Positions 10,593-21,132 of a stretch of 64,000 nt of DNA are shown here, piece after piece. The notes under the pieces were generated by a model, which saw nothing but the letters and a program-made list of their open reading frames with translations, made no database searches and had not been told where the DNA came from. Position numbers and translations under genes: made by a program. Source of the stretch: a virus; IMG/VR virus record IMGVR_UViG_3300032287_003808, positions 1 to 64,000 of that record; one strand, written 5' to 3'. Position 1 is the stretch's first letter, and every line of letters begins with the position of its first letter.

Positions 10593-11327
10593 TTAAAGAC
10601 TAAAACGAGTTTTAGTTGTATTATAATTTTGTAGTATTTCTGTTGTAGATAATGTTCTAGCATATACTATAAAATTACTTATTTTACCATTAAAATACCA
10701 TTGTCTAGGATTAACAGTGTCACTATAAGCACCTAAACCAAAAAAAGTATTTGTATTAAAATAACAATTTGCTATAGTAGCCGAACCTTCTAAAATACCA
10801 TTAACATAAATTGATTGTCTAGATATTGAAATATCATAAGTACAAACAATATTATACCACTGCCCTCCAATCCAAGTGTTAGTTGTAGTATATGCTGTGC
10901 TTAAGGGGTTAAATGTTTGAAACCCCATCCTACCGTTTAGCCCAGGGACTGTAGTATTACTTAAGGTATAAAGGTAATTATCAACTCCACCTAATAAAAG
11001 GTTTTGAGCTTCCATAATCATAAAATTTGAAGTACTAGCAGGGGTTCTTGTAGTTGTAAAATTTAACCATAATGAAAAAGAATAATTCCCATATGTTTGG
11101 TTAGGAGTTGATTGAGGTAATAAAACATAACTATTAGTTCCATTAAAAGTAATTGCTCCTCCATTTAACGCATTATAAGAAGACCCACCAATTAAAGAAC
11201 CAGTAACTCCGTTACGAGAAATATCTCTCCACGATGTTGAGCCCGAAACATATGAATTTGGGTTTGCTGCATCTAGATATAGTACTAGATTGTCTGTTAT
11301 TATATTTGGTGCTATATTTCCTGCCAT
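10593..11327 (-). CDS. LamG/concanavalin A-like virion protein, paralog A
   Basis: 244 aa; 'LVLYLDAANPNSY', 'WYNIVCTYD...IYVNG', 'EILQNYN.TKTRF'. Confidence 0.75.
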   Translation of the reverse strand: MAGNIAPNIITDNLVLYLDAANPNSYVSGSTSWRDISRNGVTGSLIGGSSYNALNGGAITFNGTNSYVLLPQSTPNQTYGNYSFSLWLNFTTTRTPASTSNFMIMEAQNLLLGGVDNYLYTLSNTTVPGLNGRMGFQTFNPLSTAYTTTNTWIGGQWYNIVCTYDISISRQSIYVNGILEGSATIANCYFNTNTFFGLGAYSDTVNPRQWYFNGKISNFIVYARTLSTTEILQNYNTTKTRFSL

Positions 11328-12028
11328 TATAGTCCGAATCTAGTTTTTGTTGCGTTGTAGTTTTGTAATATTTCTGTTGGGGTTAATGTTTTATTATATA
11401 TTGAAACGTTTGATATTTTACAATTAGCAAAATCTGTTTGTCTTCTTGCTATTTGAAGAGTTCCTGATGTGTTTGTAATATTTCCGTTTGCGGAGGCACT
11501 ATGTGCAAATGATCCATTTAAATAAAATCTTAAAGTTGTACCATCAAATGTTACAGTAAATTGATTCCAAACATTAAAACATTGACTAAAAGGTATTGAA
11601 ACAAAAGTTACTTTTTGACCAGTACCCGCCCATCTTTCAGATGCAATTGCGATTGTTGTTGGGTCTCTATAAAACCATAAGTTATAACCGTTTCTAGGTG
11701 ATCCATATTCTCGATTTATCAATCCATGAAATATGCCAGTTGTTGCAGAAGTTATATTAGCCCATACACTTAAAGTATAAGGACTTAAATTTAAAAAATA
11801 TAAATTTGGATTATTTTGAAAATCTACCCATTGATTAACACCATTAAATGATATGTTTCCGTTATTTGCTGCGTTAAATAGAGGTCCATTTGTAAGAGTT
11901 CCATTTATTCTACTACGAGAAATATCATTCCATGATGTAGACCCAGATATATAACTATTAGGATTAGCAGCATCTAAATATAATACTAATTCATCTGTAA
12001 CTACTTTAGGTGAAAAATTAAAACTCAT
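11327..12028 (-). CDS. LamG/concanavalin A-like virion protein, paralog B
   Basis: same termini as paralog A; likely start MSFNFSPK at 12028 overlapping upstream stop (TAATG) rather than the track's 12061. Confidence 0.75.
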   Translation of the reverse strand: MSFNFSPKVVTDELVLYLDAANPNSYISGSTSWNDISRSRINGTLTNGPLFNAANNGNISFNGVNQWVDFQNNPNLYFLNLSPYTLSVWANITSATTGIFHGLINREYGSPRNGYNLWFYRDPTTIAIASERWAGTGQKVTFVSIPFSQCFNVWNQFTVTFDGTTLRFYLNGSFAHSASANGNITNTSGTLQIARRQTDFANCKISNVSIYNKTLTPTEILQNYNATKTRFGL

Positions 12029-14685
12029 TATATTCCTCTTACAATTGTTTTTATAGTCCATAAACCAGTAGCCGATGAGCCTGTTAAAGCTATATTTGAA
12101 CCTGTTACTATTACAGTAAACGAAATATCACTAGTCGAGCCAAATGAAGTTGTTGTAGTTTCTGTAAAATTAACTGATGATCCTGATTGAATAGCCATAA
12201 TGGTGCCCGCTCTAGCATTTAAACCTAATCGAACTGAATATTCAAAGAATGCTGTATCATATGATGATGTGGGTAAACTATAAACTACAAATGAACCTGA
12301 GTTAGTTTGGGTTATTTTTGCTGTTGTAATTAACATTGGGTCCAAGTAGTTCCCAATAAGTGTTGTATTATCAGAGAATACTTCTAATATTGGTAAACCA
12401 GAGATATCATTTACACTGAATAAGGATCCGCTTAAAACATCAGTTATAGAGAATAATTCACCTTGTGAGCCTTGTACTGTAAGTACAGGTTGAGTAGATC
12501 CAGATCCATATACTGTTAAAGAAGAGCCAGATACAGTGTTTTGCGAACTTGATATAATTGTGCGAGATGCTGTTACGTTAAATAAGCGTGATTCATCTCC
12601 AAGCCATACTACAGTACCATTTTCTGTTCTAAAATGTGGTCTTGTATTAGATGTAACGGAACCTGTAGAAGCATATAACTGAAAGGCACTTGAAATATTA
12701 TTAGTTGGGGTAGAGCCTGTGATTAGGGCTAAAACATTTTTTCCGTTTCCTTGAGTTATTCCTCCTAAAGTCCAGTTTTTACCGATATAATTGTAATAAA
12801 CAGCATTGTTACCAGATGTATCACCACCGGTTTGAGCAAAACCACTATCATTCGTTCCTTGAGAAATAGCAGTCCATGCTGCCATCGTTTGTCCGAAATT
12901 TCTTCCGGTTGGGACAGATCCTGTGCCTAATAATAAAGTGTGGGTTGCACTAGTTACACCAACTAATCCAAAACCAAATTTAATATTACAAAATCTATCT
13001 ATATCTAAATTAAATGAAGCATTATCAAAATAAGCAAACGGAATACTGGTGCCAAGCCCATTTCTAATGTTAAATAAATGGCCCCCTCCAGCAGGCGTTA
13101 TTGAGGACCCAAGAAAAACATCTCTTGTGCCTAATACAGACATAACATTTGTATTATCTAGATCATTTCTAATTCTAAAAGTTAGATCAGATGCCGTAGA
13201 ACCTGATGCTTTGATATCAACCACCGCTGCAGGGGCTGTTTGGCCAAATCCAGAAAAACCTCGTTGTGTTATTATTGCATAGTTATTAACACCATTAACA
13301 GCATCAAAATATCCTGCTACATTTGTACCAGCACTATTAACTAGTGAGTATAAACCTCTTGCAGTAATATTAGAATTTCCGGTATCAGCACCTACTTTTA
13401 ATCCGTAATGTATATTTCCAGCAGTTGAACCAACTCCTATTCTAGTAAAAAATTCTCCTGCAGAGGCACCATTCAGAGTACTGGCTCCATATTCAGCGTA
13501 TATTACACGTGATGTTGAGTTTCCTCCCCCAAAATATGATATAAAGTTTTCAGTACCATTTGCTGTAAATTTTGTATTAGGGTTAGTATAAGTACCTAAA
13601 CTAACAGCACCATCTCCACCAATTTTAACTAATTGGGTTCCGGTTGTTGATATTATATTAGTAATAGTATCTGCACTACCTGTGTATCCTCGTAATGAAA
13701 AAGATCCTGTTACACCTAAACTACCAGTAATTAAAGCTGAACCGGTAAATGGGAATGCAGGTGCACTAGGTGCAAAAGATGCACTTAAAGCATTTGTAGC
13801 AAATGATGCGGTACCAAATAAACTTCCTGTAATATCTTCAGTTACAGTTAATGAACCTGTTACGATTGTAATTGATCCACTTGAATATATTTGTGAATCA
13901 TCTAAATGATCTCCTCCATCACCACGTGGAATAAACCATTTTGTTAAATTTGGTTCGTCACCTAGTGATCCGGTGTTCCTAGGGCCGGATAATAACATTC
14001 CTCCTGTGTATGTTGCTCCATCTACATTTTGGTAAACCCAATGATTATGTAAAGAATCCCAAGCTAACGATGCTGTTGCTAATGAAGAACCAGAATCATA
14101 TACTTTTAAACCACCAAAACGTTGTGCCGGTTCGAATACATTTACTGAAATAAAAGATGCTGAGACTGCTAATTGAGATGCTGTTACGTATGTAAAAGAA
14201 GAAGATCCATAAAATGTAGAGTCTCCAACTACTGTTAATGAGCCCGAGATAAGTACATTTTGATTTAAATCATTTACTGAACTTGCTGTATTAGCGTGTG
14301 AGGCACTTATTGCGTTTAAGGCGTAAGATGCTGTTGAGGCAGTACCTAATAAAGATCCTGTAAAGCTTCCTGTAAAACTTCCTGTATTATATGACCCTGT
14401 AAAGGCATCAAATGATGATGTTGTAACAAATGAACCGGTTTCAAACGATTGAGTAGGAATATTAATTAATCCACTACCATCCCCTGTAAAGCTTCCTGTA
14501 AATGATCCAGTATTGTAAGACCCAGTAAAAGCATCAAATGATGATGTAGTTACTAACGAGCCAGTATCAATTGATGAGACTGGTAAGTTGTTTAAGCCAC
14601 TTCCATCCCCTTGGAATGATCCAGAAAATGATCCACTTATATTATATGAACCTGATGATAATTGTTCTGGTTTTATTATTGCCAT
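12028..14685 (-). CDS. long tail fibre-like virion protein
   Basis: 885 aa; 'TGSFTGSFTG' repeats, S/T/G-rich; located between gp15-like gene and LamG genes. Confidence 0.6.
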   Translation of the reverse strand: MAIIKPEQLSSGSYNISGSFSGSFQGDGSGLNNLPVSSIDTGSLVTTSSFDAFTGSYNTGSFTGSFTGDGSGLINIPTQSFETGSFVTTSSFDAFTGSYNTGSFTGSFTGSLLGTASTASYALNAISASHANTASSVNDLNQNVLISGSLTVVGDSTFYGSSSFTYVTASQLAVSASFISVNVFEPAQRFGGLKVYDSGSSLATASLAWDSLHNHWVYQNVDGATYTGGMLLSGPRNTGSLGDEPNLTKWFIPRGDGGDHLDDSQIYSSGSITIVTGSLTVTEDITGSLFGTASFATNALSASFAPSAPAFPFTGSALITGSLGVTGSFSLRGYTGSADTITNIISTTGTQLVKIGGDGAVSLGTYTNPNTKFTANGTENFISYFGGGNSTSRVIYAEYGASTLNGASAGEFFTRIGVGSTAGNIHYGLKVGADTGNSNITARGLYSLVNSAGTNVAGYFDAVNGVNNYAIITQRGFSGFGQTAPAAVVDIKASGSTASDLTFRIRNDLDNTNVMSVLGTRDVFLGSSITPAGGGHLFNIRNGLGTSIPFAYFDNASFNLDIDRFCNIKFGFGLVGVTSATHTLLLGTGSVPTGRNFGQTMAAWTAISQGTNDSGFAQTGGDTSGNNAVYYNYIGKNWTLGGITQGNGKNVLALITGSTPTNNISSAFQLYASTGSVTSNTRPHFRTENGTVVWLGDESRLFNVTASRTIISSSQNTVSGSSLTVYGSGSTQPVLTVQGSQGELFSITDVLSGSLFSVNDISGLPILEVFSDNTTLIGNYLDPMLITTAKITQTNSGSFVVYSLPTSSYDTAFFEYSVRLGLNARAGTIMAIQSGSSVNFTETTTTSFGSTSDISFTVIVTGSNIALTGSSATGLWTIKTIVRGI
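14357..14565. repeat. internal coding direct repeat (VTTSSFDAFTGSYNTGSFTGSFTG x2)
   Basis: two near-identical ~24-aa units in 12028..14685, visible in DNA ('gcatcaaatgatgatgt', 'cctgtaaagcttcctgtaaa'); bounds approximate. Confidence 0.75.
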
Positions 14686-14687
14686 GA

Positions 14688-15953
14688 TTAATTACTGAAT
14701 TTTCCTATTGCTATTATTTCATCTGATGGGTTAAAACTATATCCTAAAGCAGATGGGTTTATTACTAATGTTGTTACTCCAGCTAGTTCTGTGAATGAAA
14801 CTATAGCTGCTAATTCAATTAAATTGCCATTACAAAATATAGTAAAATTGTTTACAGATGTAGCAGGCAATCCAGCAGGGGCTATTAACCACCCACTAGC
14901 AAAAGTAACTGTTATTGCGTCGATGTATGTTCCAAGTTTTTGTACATTTGTATTTAAATATACTAATGTCATTGAGTCTATTCCACCTCCACCACCACCG
15001 CCAGATGATGGTGTAAATACAGGAGTTTTTCTAGGTTTAGTAGCTGTAAATAATTCAGTACCTGTATCTTCTACTTCTAACCCTATTATAATTTGAGATC
15101 TACTATTATATTTTTTAATAGCAGTTGTTTCTTTTTGAACATTATCTGGTATAATATATCCATATAAAGTGAGGGTAAATGTGCTCCTAACTACTCTATC
15201 ACTACTTTGGTTTAATTCAGTAATAGTTGCAAAGCTATCTATTTTAGCTTTAAACTTAAAACGTTCAGGATCACCCCAATACGAATTAGAGGCATAATTA
15301 ATGTTTTCAATAATTTTATTTAATTGCTCTATATAATATGTTTGTACTATAAAGCTATAATTTAAAATAACATAATTAGGTACTACATTAACTATAAATT
15401 GTTTTGTAGGAACTCTATTATTTAAAGTATTAAAGTTTGAGTAAGCATTTTTTGGGTTATATGCTTTTTGCCAAGAAGTATATAGATGGGGATGGTTAGC
15501 ATCTAACTTATTATAAGTAGACTTATCATTATCCATACTATCACGTTTAAACATAATAATAGGAGACATGATTTTACCATTTTTATCTTTATAATACCCA
15601 TCCTTTTGTACAGATTTCCATTTTTCAGGTGAACCATATATTAAAGGCACAGGTAATTTATTTCCATTTTGATAAACTGTAGGTTTAATAATATTTTCAA
15701 AGTAGTAAAATATAGATTCGTCTATATCTTGTATCCCTATAGTAAATGGTTTAGTAGAATCTCCTTTAAAAGATAATTTTTCTGACCTATTAAAACCTAC
15801 TCCGTTTTGTTCATTAGGAGTAAACTGTTGAAAATTAGAGGGTTCGTTAGGATTACCATAACTTTCCCCAGTCTCAGGAAAGATATAAGGATCCACCTGA
15901 TTGTTAGAAATCTCTCTTTGAGATTTAGGATTGGGTTTTCTTTGTTGTGGCAT
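14688..15953 (-). CDS. tail terminator / sheath stabiliser (T4 gp15-like) with C-terminal extension
   Basis: 421 aa; 'VPLIYGSPEKW', 'VPNYVILNYSFIVQT..EQLNKIIE'; follows gp13/gp14-like genes; polyGly linker before extra domain. Confidence 0.65.
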   Translation of the reverse strand: MPQQRKPNPKSQREISNNQVDPYIFPETGESYGNPNEPSNFQQFTPNEQNGVGFNRSEKLSFKGDSTKPFTIGIQDIDESIFYYFENIIKPTVYQNGNKLPVPLIYGSPEKWKSVQKDGYYKDKNGKIMSPIIMFKRDSMDNDKSTYNKLDANHPHLYTSWQKAYNPKNAYSNFNTLNNRVPTKQFIVNVVPNYVILNYSFIVQTYYIEQLNKIIENINYASNSYWGDPERFKFKAKIDSFATITELNQSSDRVVRSTFTLTLYGYIIPDNVQKETTAIKKYNSRSQIIIGLEVEDTGTELFTATKPRKTPVFTPSSGGGGGGGIDSMTLVYLNTNVQKLGTYIDAITVTFASGWLIAPAGLPATSVNNFTIFCNGNLIELAAIVSFTELAGVTTLVINPSALGYSFNPSDEIIAIGKFSN

Positions 15954-15956
15954 ATC

Positions 15957-16466
15957 TTATATTCTTTCTCTTGTAATTTGTACTTTATCTGCTGGTGTGT
16001 AGTGTGCTTGGCAGATGATGGATATACTTGAACCAAAATCTTCTAATCCAGGATTTAATGGGTTTGGATTGTAAGGGTAATCTGGGTCTTTTCCTACGAA
16101 ATACTGGTTAGCATTTGTATTGTCTACCTCCCAATACGCTTCATTGTACATGATAATATCCCCAACTTCAGGGACTAATTTAGCATCAACTAAATCATCT
16201 CTAAAGAAACGGAATTCTAAATCCCAAGAAAAATCAACTCCAAAGTCGTCTGTTGGTTGTGTTTGTTCTCCTCTTGAAATTAAAGCATTAAATATTACAG
16301 GTTCATGATAAAATTTAGCACCAGATGCTTCACCATATAAATTAACTTTAGTTTCTGCTAATTTAAATTTATAGTAAACACATTGTTGGGTGATAATATC
16401 TCCTAACAGTTCTCTGTTTACATGCCTAAATAATGATATGTCTCTTGCTCCGCCGAATAATGCCAT
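15957..16466 (-). CDS. neck / head closure protein (T4 gp14-like)
   Basis: 169 aa; 'NLYGEA', 'PEVGDII.Y...WEV'; synteny gp13-gp14-gp15. Confidence 0.6.
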   Translation of the reverse strand: MALFGGARDISLFRHVNRELLGDIITQQCVYYKFKLAETKVNLYGEASGAKFYHEPVIFNALISRGEQTQPTDDFGVDFSWDLEFRFFRDDLVDAKLVPEVGDIIMYNEAYWEVDNTNANQYFVGKDPDYPYNPNPLNPGLEDFGSSISIICQAHYTPADKVQITRERI

Positions 16467-16467
16467 A

Positions 16468-17622
16468 TTATCCTACAAAAATAGTAAATGGTACATAATT
16501 TAATTGTTGTTGTAAAGAAGCAGCTTCAGCAGCTTTTCTTTCGAGTAAGCTTTGACGAGATGAATCGTTAAGATAAGCTCTTAAACGCTCAATTAACGCA
16601 AGTTTTTCAGCAGTCGCAGCAGCTATTAAATCACTTTGATTAAGCGTTACTTCCGCGTTAGGAATAGGAACAGTAGAATATTTTCCTCTAACATATCCTA
16701 AGATTTCTTTAACTATTGCTAAAGCATATTCAAATACCCATGAACGACCAATTGAATTTATTTGGGCGTATGTTGGATTTTCGTATGGTACTTGAGATAT
16801 ATTTGTAATAATACTTTGACCTGGGTCTGAATCAGCATATGGGTTATTTCTATCTGATCTTTTGATATATTGCACCCATAATTTTTTCATTGCGGGTCCT
16901 GGGATAGGGAATATTTTAAGGTTATTATTTATAAGCTCAAAAGAGTATTGTGAACGTCTAATTTGGTCGTTAAATTCTATAGCTTGTAATTTTTGTAAGT
17001 CAAAATTAACAGGCATCATTAAGAAGTTAATAGCGGGTGAATAACCACCAAAACCAAAACTATCTAATAATTGCATCATCCCAGTACCTGTGCCTGCATA
17101 TGGGTCAAAGTATCTTACAATAGCAGGAGGTGCTTCATAAAATACACGTTTGATTTCTAAATCTCCAGGACTAACAGATTGAGACACAGCCCATTCTTTT
17201 AAATCATAATTTTGATGTCCTTCTTTTAGATCTATTGATGCTGAGTACCATGTTATTCTTCCTCCTACTCCGGCTTCTGTACCGTACTGGTCAGCTAGAC
17301 GCATTTCCGTCGCCATGTTAGGTTGAGGCAATGCGTTATTACCAGGGGCAATATTAGTTGATGCTCCTTGAAATGAAAGGAAATTTTCTTGAGCTTGATA
17401 AGCGTAAAGTTCATTACCGTAAGTTGTAATAGCATCCTCAAGAGCCGCGTAAAAATTTAAGTCTTGTAACTCAATGTCCACAATAGGGTATCCTAATCTG
17501 CGAGAAGCAAATACAGCAAATTTATCAGCATCTGATTGAAAATCCGGGTCGTAATCATAAAAACCAAACGGAGTTTCTCCAGGTTGAAATGAACTAGAGC
17601 CAGGCCAAATTGGAATATTCAT
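16468..17622 (-). CDS. neck protein (T4 gp13-like)
   Basis: 384 aa; 'RRLGYPIVDIEL', 'WVFEYALAIVKEILGYVRGKY..VPIP..EVTLN'. Confidence 0.75.
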   Translation of the reverse strand: MNIPIWPGSSSFQPGETPFGFYDYDPDFQSDADKFAVFASRRLGYPIVDIELQDLNFYAALEDAITTYGNELYAYQAQENFLSFQGASTNIAPGNNALPQPNMATEMRLADQYGTEAGVGGRITWYSASIDLKEGHQNYDLKEWAVSQSVSPGDLEIKRVFYEAPPAIVRYFDPYAGTGTGMMQLLDSFGFGGYSPAINFLMMPVNFDLQKLQAIEFNDQIRRSQYSFELINNNLKIFPIPGPAMKKLWVQYIKRSDRNNPYADSDPGQSIITNISQVPYENPTYAQINSIGRSWVFEYALAIVKEILGYVRGKYSTVPIPNAEVTLNQSDLIAAATAEKLALIERLRAYLNDSSRQSLLERKAAEAASLQQQLNYVPFTIFVG

Positions 17623-17647
17623 ATTTTTCTAGTTTATTATAAATATG

Positions 17648-17674
17648 AAAAAAAAGGGCCTCATTTAGAGGCCC
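17648..17674 (-). terminator. intrinsic terminator
   Basis: GGGCCTC-TAAAT-GAGGCCC followed by T8 on minus strand. Confidence 0.8.
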
Positions 17675-17696
17675 ATTTTAAAAAGATATTTAAATT

Positions 17697-18707
17697 TTAA
17701 GCTGTTAAATCAACCCAAGCAGTTCCATCATAATAATATAATTTACTAGCACCTACTGATCCTGAAGCCATAATCATACCTTCAACAGGTGATCCTGGGT
17801 CTGTAGTTCTAACTGGTAGTTGAAGGACATCAGCTATACTTAAAGTTCCATCTGTAGTAAAATTCCAGTTTTGTGTTGCTCCTACAGTATCATAAGTAGT
17901 TATTGTGACGTCACCATTTTGAGTATTTGCATTACCTTGTCCACCATAGATATACACATCACCACCATTTTCTGTAGTACTGTTACCACCTTTTATTTCT
18001 ACAAATCCTGCAGTTCCATTAGTAGTGTCACCACCTTCTATACGAACATATCCACCACTTCCTGATACAGGTCCATATCCACCTCGAACTTTAATATCAC
18101 CACCAGTCCCACTATCTACACCACCGCGTCCTGCCCAAAGATATATATCACCACCTTCTCCTGAGCCACTTCCTTGGCCTGGGTTGATGACTAATCTTTC
18201 ACTAGAATAATTTGGTAAAATTCCATCTGGGGTGCTTATTACTGCTTGGTCAGTGCCGTTACCTAATTTTAAAGTATTTGTAGTTAAGTCTCCTGAGTTG
18301 ATATCACCTCTAGGTGTAGTTAATGTTGGGAATAAAGTGTTTCCTTTATTATCAAATTCCCAAGTAAAAGAGCTTGAATTTGCTGCGGTTGTAGTAACTT
18401 GAACTTGATGAGTAGAATCATCTACAAGTACATTTGCTTTTTCACCACCTAAGTATAAATTAGCATTTGATTCATCTATCGCACCTCCTGCTCTAATATG
18501 GATATGATTTGGGCCCGTTGGATCTAATACTATGTATTGATCTGTTCCTAAATTAACATCTGGTGTTAATTCTAAGGTTGCCGCTCCTAATCCATCACCT
18601 GAGCTAGATGGTATTGATTGGATAGCACTTGAAGAAAGGGTAATAGATCCGTTATCTGTATTTAAAGACCCTGAGATTAATGTTAATGATCCTGATATTA
18701 CTGGCAT
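17697..18707 (-). CDS. glycine-rich virion fibre/decoration protein
   Basis: 336 aa; repeated 'GGD(I/V).I.GG' units; N-terminus (ISGSLTLISGSL) resembles that of neighbour 18735..20573. Confidence 0.55.
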   Translation of the reverse strand: MPVISGSLTLISGSLNTDNGSITLSSSAIQSIPSSSGDGLGAATLELTPDVNLGTDQYIVLDPTGPNHIHIRAGGAIDESNANLYLGGEKANVLVDDSTHQVQVTTTAANSSSFTWEFDNKGNTLFPTLTTPRGDINSGDLTTNTLKLGNGTDQAVISTPDGILPNYSSERLVINPGQGSGSGEGGDIYLWAGRGGVDSGTGGDIKVRGGYGPVSGSGGYVRIEGGDTTNGTAGFVEIKGGNSTTENGGDVYIYGGQGNANTQNGDVTITTYDTVGATQNWNFTTDGTLSIADVLQLPVRTTDPGSPVEGMIMASGSVGASKLYYYDGTAWVDLTA

Positions 18708-18734
18708 GGTTTGTTATTTTTAGTTTATTTTGGT

Positions 18735-20573
18735 TTATAAATTTTCTATTCCTTTGAACAGATATACTAAATAAGTAAATGATGGACTAACATTTGTCAT
18801 GTTGGTTTTATATCCAATTTCTGGAAATTCAGCAACTGATGCTGATGGTCCAGGCGTGGAACTTCCCCAATATACTACTTCAAATGTTGCTTTTTGTCCT
18901 GGGTCTATTTTAATAGAATGGGATGTAGCAGGGATAACATTACTAATATTAGTATAATTACCCCACGATCCAGAAATAATATATGATGTGTTGAAAGTTC
19001 CAGTAATAAGTTTACTTCCTGAGTCTACTGCTGTTACTCCAGATACTGTGGCTGTTACATAAATACTTCCTGTAGCTCTATAAAATGCTTCTGCTTCTCC
19101 CATGTTATATATTGTAACAATATCTCCTGATGTATATCCGGCATTATATACTGGAGGAAGAGATACTACTGGTGATGGGGAGAATGGAGCTGATGCAAGG
19201 CTATTATTAACTAAAGAATAAGCTGTGATTTTTCTATCCCAAGGTAATACTATATATGTTCCATTAGTATATAATTCTGGGTTTCTAGTGTAAGAGTTAG
19301 ATGAGTTAGCTAAACTAAAAACACAATCTGAGTTAGTGTAGCTTTTATGGAGTAAAGTACTAGAGAGTGCAAAATCAGTAAGTGGATTAAGAGGTAATGT
19401 TGTTAAAGAACCTGTTATTACTGTAGCATTAGTTCCAGCTCCTAAAGTACCTTGAACTTGGCCGGTATTATTTAAGAAATTAATAGTACCATCAGATACA
19501 TAAATATCTTTCCAAGCCGCTGTTGGAGAACCTAAATCAAAAGATGATGTAGATGATCCTGGTGGGACGTTTGGAATAATAGATCCACTTACTAAAAGTG
19601 AGCCTGATATTTGAACATCATTTCCTGCTGCAAATATTAAATTTTTACGGTTTGAATCATCTGTCCCATTTCCAAGTATAAAAGCACCTGCTGTTGAACT
19701 AGAGATATTATATAAACCTTGAACATGTTGACTATCTCCTCGAGCTATTGTTCCTACTCCTTCAGTGTGAGAAGAAGCACCTAATGTTAAAGTAAGAGTA
19801 CCTTCAGCATGTGAATAACTTCCAAGAGATACATTACCAACTCCTTCACTATGAGCTGTATTTCCTCCTAATGTTAAAGTTTGGTTTACAAGTTGAGTGC
19901 TTGGATTAGAAAGTTGTGAGTAAAGTGCAATTGGCACACCAGCACCATAATCTATAACTGTATCGGTTAATTGGATCTGGGTTCTAGAAGCAGCAAAAAA
20001 TGAATTAGAAATAGTATATTGGATTATTGTACCAGCACTATCTACAAGAAGAGATTCTCCATTAATAAAAGATGATGTTATATTCCCAGTACTTGTAGGG
20101 AGTTGAATTAATCCATTAACTGTTGAATTAGTATCCCAAGCATATAATCCTGTATTGCTAGTTCCTTCAGCATGGGAAGCATATCCTAAAGCTGTGGAAT
20201 AAGCGCCTTCAGCGTGAGAAAAAGAACCGGATGCTAATGTACCTTCACCCTGAGCTGTAGAATCATTTTTAGCTATATTATTAGCATCTCCTGTAGTTAA
20301 AGATCCAATATTAATTATAGTATTTGAACCTGATACTGTAAGAGAACCAGTAATAGTAGTGTTTCCACTTATATTTTGACTTCCTGTAAATGAATTTGAT
20401 CCAGTAGTTACAAAAGATCCGGTTTCATTGATAGTAATAAAAGATCCAGTGTTGTTACTTGTTATTACTGATGATCCTGATATTGTAATATCTCCTCCTA
20501 ATATATCTAATGAACCTGTAAAAAGAGTTAAAGATCCAGATACTAAATTTAATGATCCTGATAAGTTTGGCAT
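18735..20573 (-). CDS. virion fibre protein with HAEG repeats
   Basis: 612 aa; 'SHAEG' repeats, 'FILGNGTDDSNRKN', 'FDLGSPTAAWKDIYVS' fibre motifs. Confidence 0.6.
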   Translation of the reverse strand: MPNLSGSLNLVSGSLTLFTGSLDILGGDITISGSSVITSNNTGSFITINETGSFVTTGSNSFTGSQNISGNTTITGSLTVSGSNTIINIGSLTTGDANNIAKNDSTAQGEGTLASGSFSHAEGAYSTALGYASHAEGTSNTGLYAWDTNSTVNGLIQLPTSTGNITSSFINGESLLVDSAGTIIQYTISNSFFAASRTQIQLTDTVIDYGAGVPIALYSQLSNPSTQLVNQTLTLGGNTAHSEGVGNVSLGSYSHAEGTLTLTLGASSHTEGVGTIARGDSQHVQGLYNISSSTAGAFILGNGTDDSNRKNLIFAAGNDVQISGSLLVSGSIIPNVPPGSSTSSFDLGSPTAAWKDIYVSDGTINFLNNTGQVQGTLGAGTNATVITGSLTTLPLNPLTDFALSSTLLHKSYTNSDCVFSLANSSNSYTRNPELYTNGTYIVLPWDRKITAYSLVNNSLASAPFSPSPVVSLPPVYNAGYTSGDIVTIYNMGEAEAFYRATGSIYVTATVSGVTAVDSGSKLITGTFNTSYIISGSWGNYTNISNVIPATSHSIKIDPGQKATFEVVYWGSSTPGPSASVAEFPEIGYKTNMTNVSPSFTYLVYLFKGIENL

Positions 20574-20601
20574 GGTTTATTGTTTTAATTTATTATACAT
20601 A

Positions 20602-21087
20602 TTATATAGAAGCAACGAAATATTCTAATTGTATACTTCCTGAAAGTGCTTTAGCTTTAATGGTGTTTAATGAGTTAAAATAACTATAATATTCTTCATC
20701 TACATACCCTTCAACTACATAATCGGATGCGTTTGTAGCGTTAATATCAGCATCATTTAACATGATGGTTTTTCCAGCTGATAAGTTTAGAAGGGTGCTT
20801 TCTTGGTCGTCTGCTATAAGATATAAAGAGACATCAGATGATCCAGAAACATGAGTAATCCTAATGTACCTTACATCAGATTTTACAAATGAACCTGCTG
20901 TTTGTTCTTCTTCACTATCAACAAATTTAAGGATTTCAATTCCACTTCCACTAAAAGTAGAAACTATAGTATCAATTCTTCTAACCACTTGGTTAATACC
21001 ACTAATGGTTTTGAAGTTATTAGTTTTTTCTCTGTTGTTATTAGGGAGAAGTATTTCTTCCGTGATGGTTACATATAAGTTAGCCAT
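20602..21087 (-). CDS. hypothetical protein, probably virion-associated
   Basis: 161 aa beta-rich; preceded by late motif; carries SGS triads. Confidence 0.45.
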   Translation of the reverse strand: MANLYVTITEEILLPNNNREKTNNFKTISGINQVVRRIDTIVSTFSGSGIEILKFVDSEEEQTAGSFVKSDVRYIRITHVSGSSDVSLYLIADDQESTLLNLSAGKTIMLNDADINATNASDYVVEGYVDEEYYSYFNSLNTIKAKALSGSIQLEYFVASI

Positions 21088-21132
21088 TCTATGTTTTTGT
21101 TATAAATATTATAAAAGGCTTTTACTTGCGGT

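Noticed and set aside
10593-12028. LamG paralogs as possible diversity-generating retroelement targets
   Set aside because: No reverse transcriptase in the window and no template/variable repeat pair with adenine-specific differences noticed
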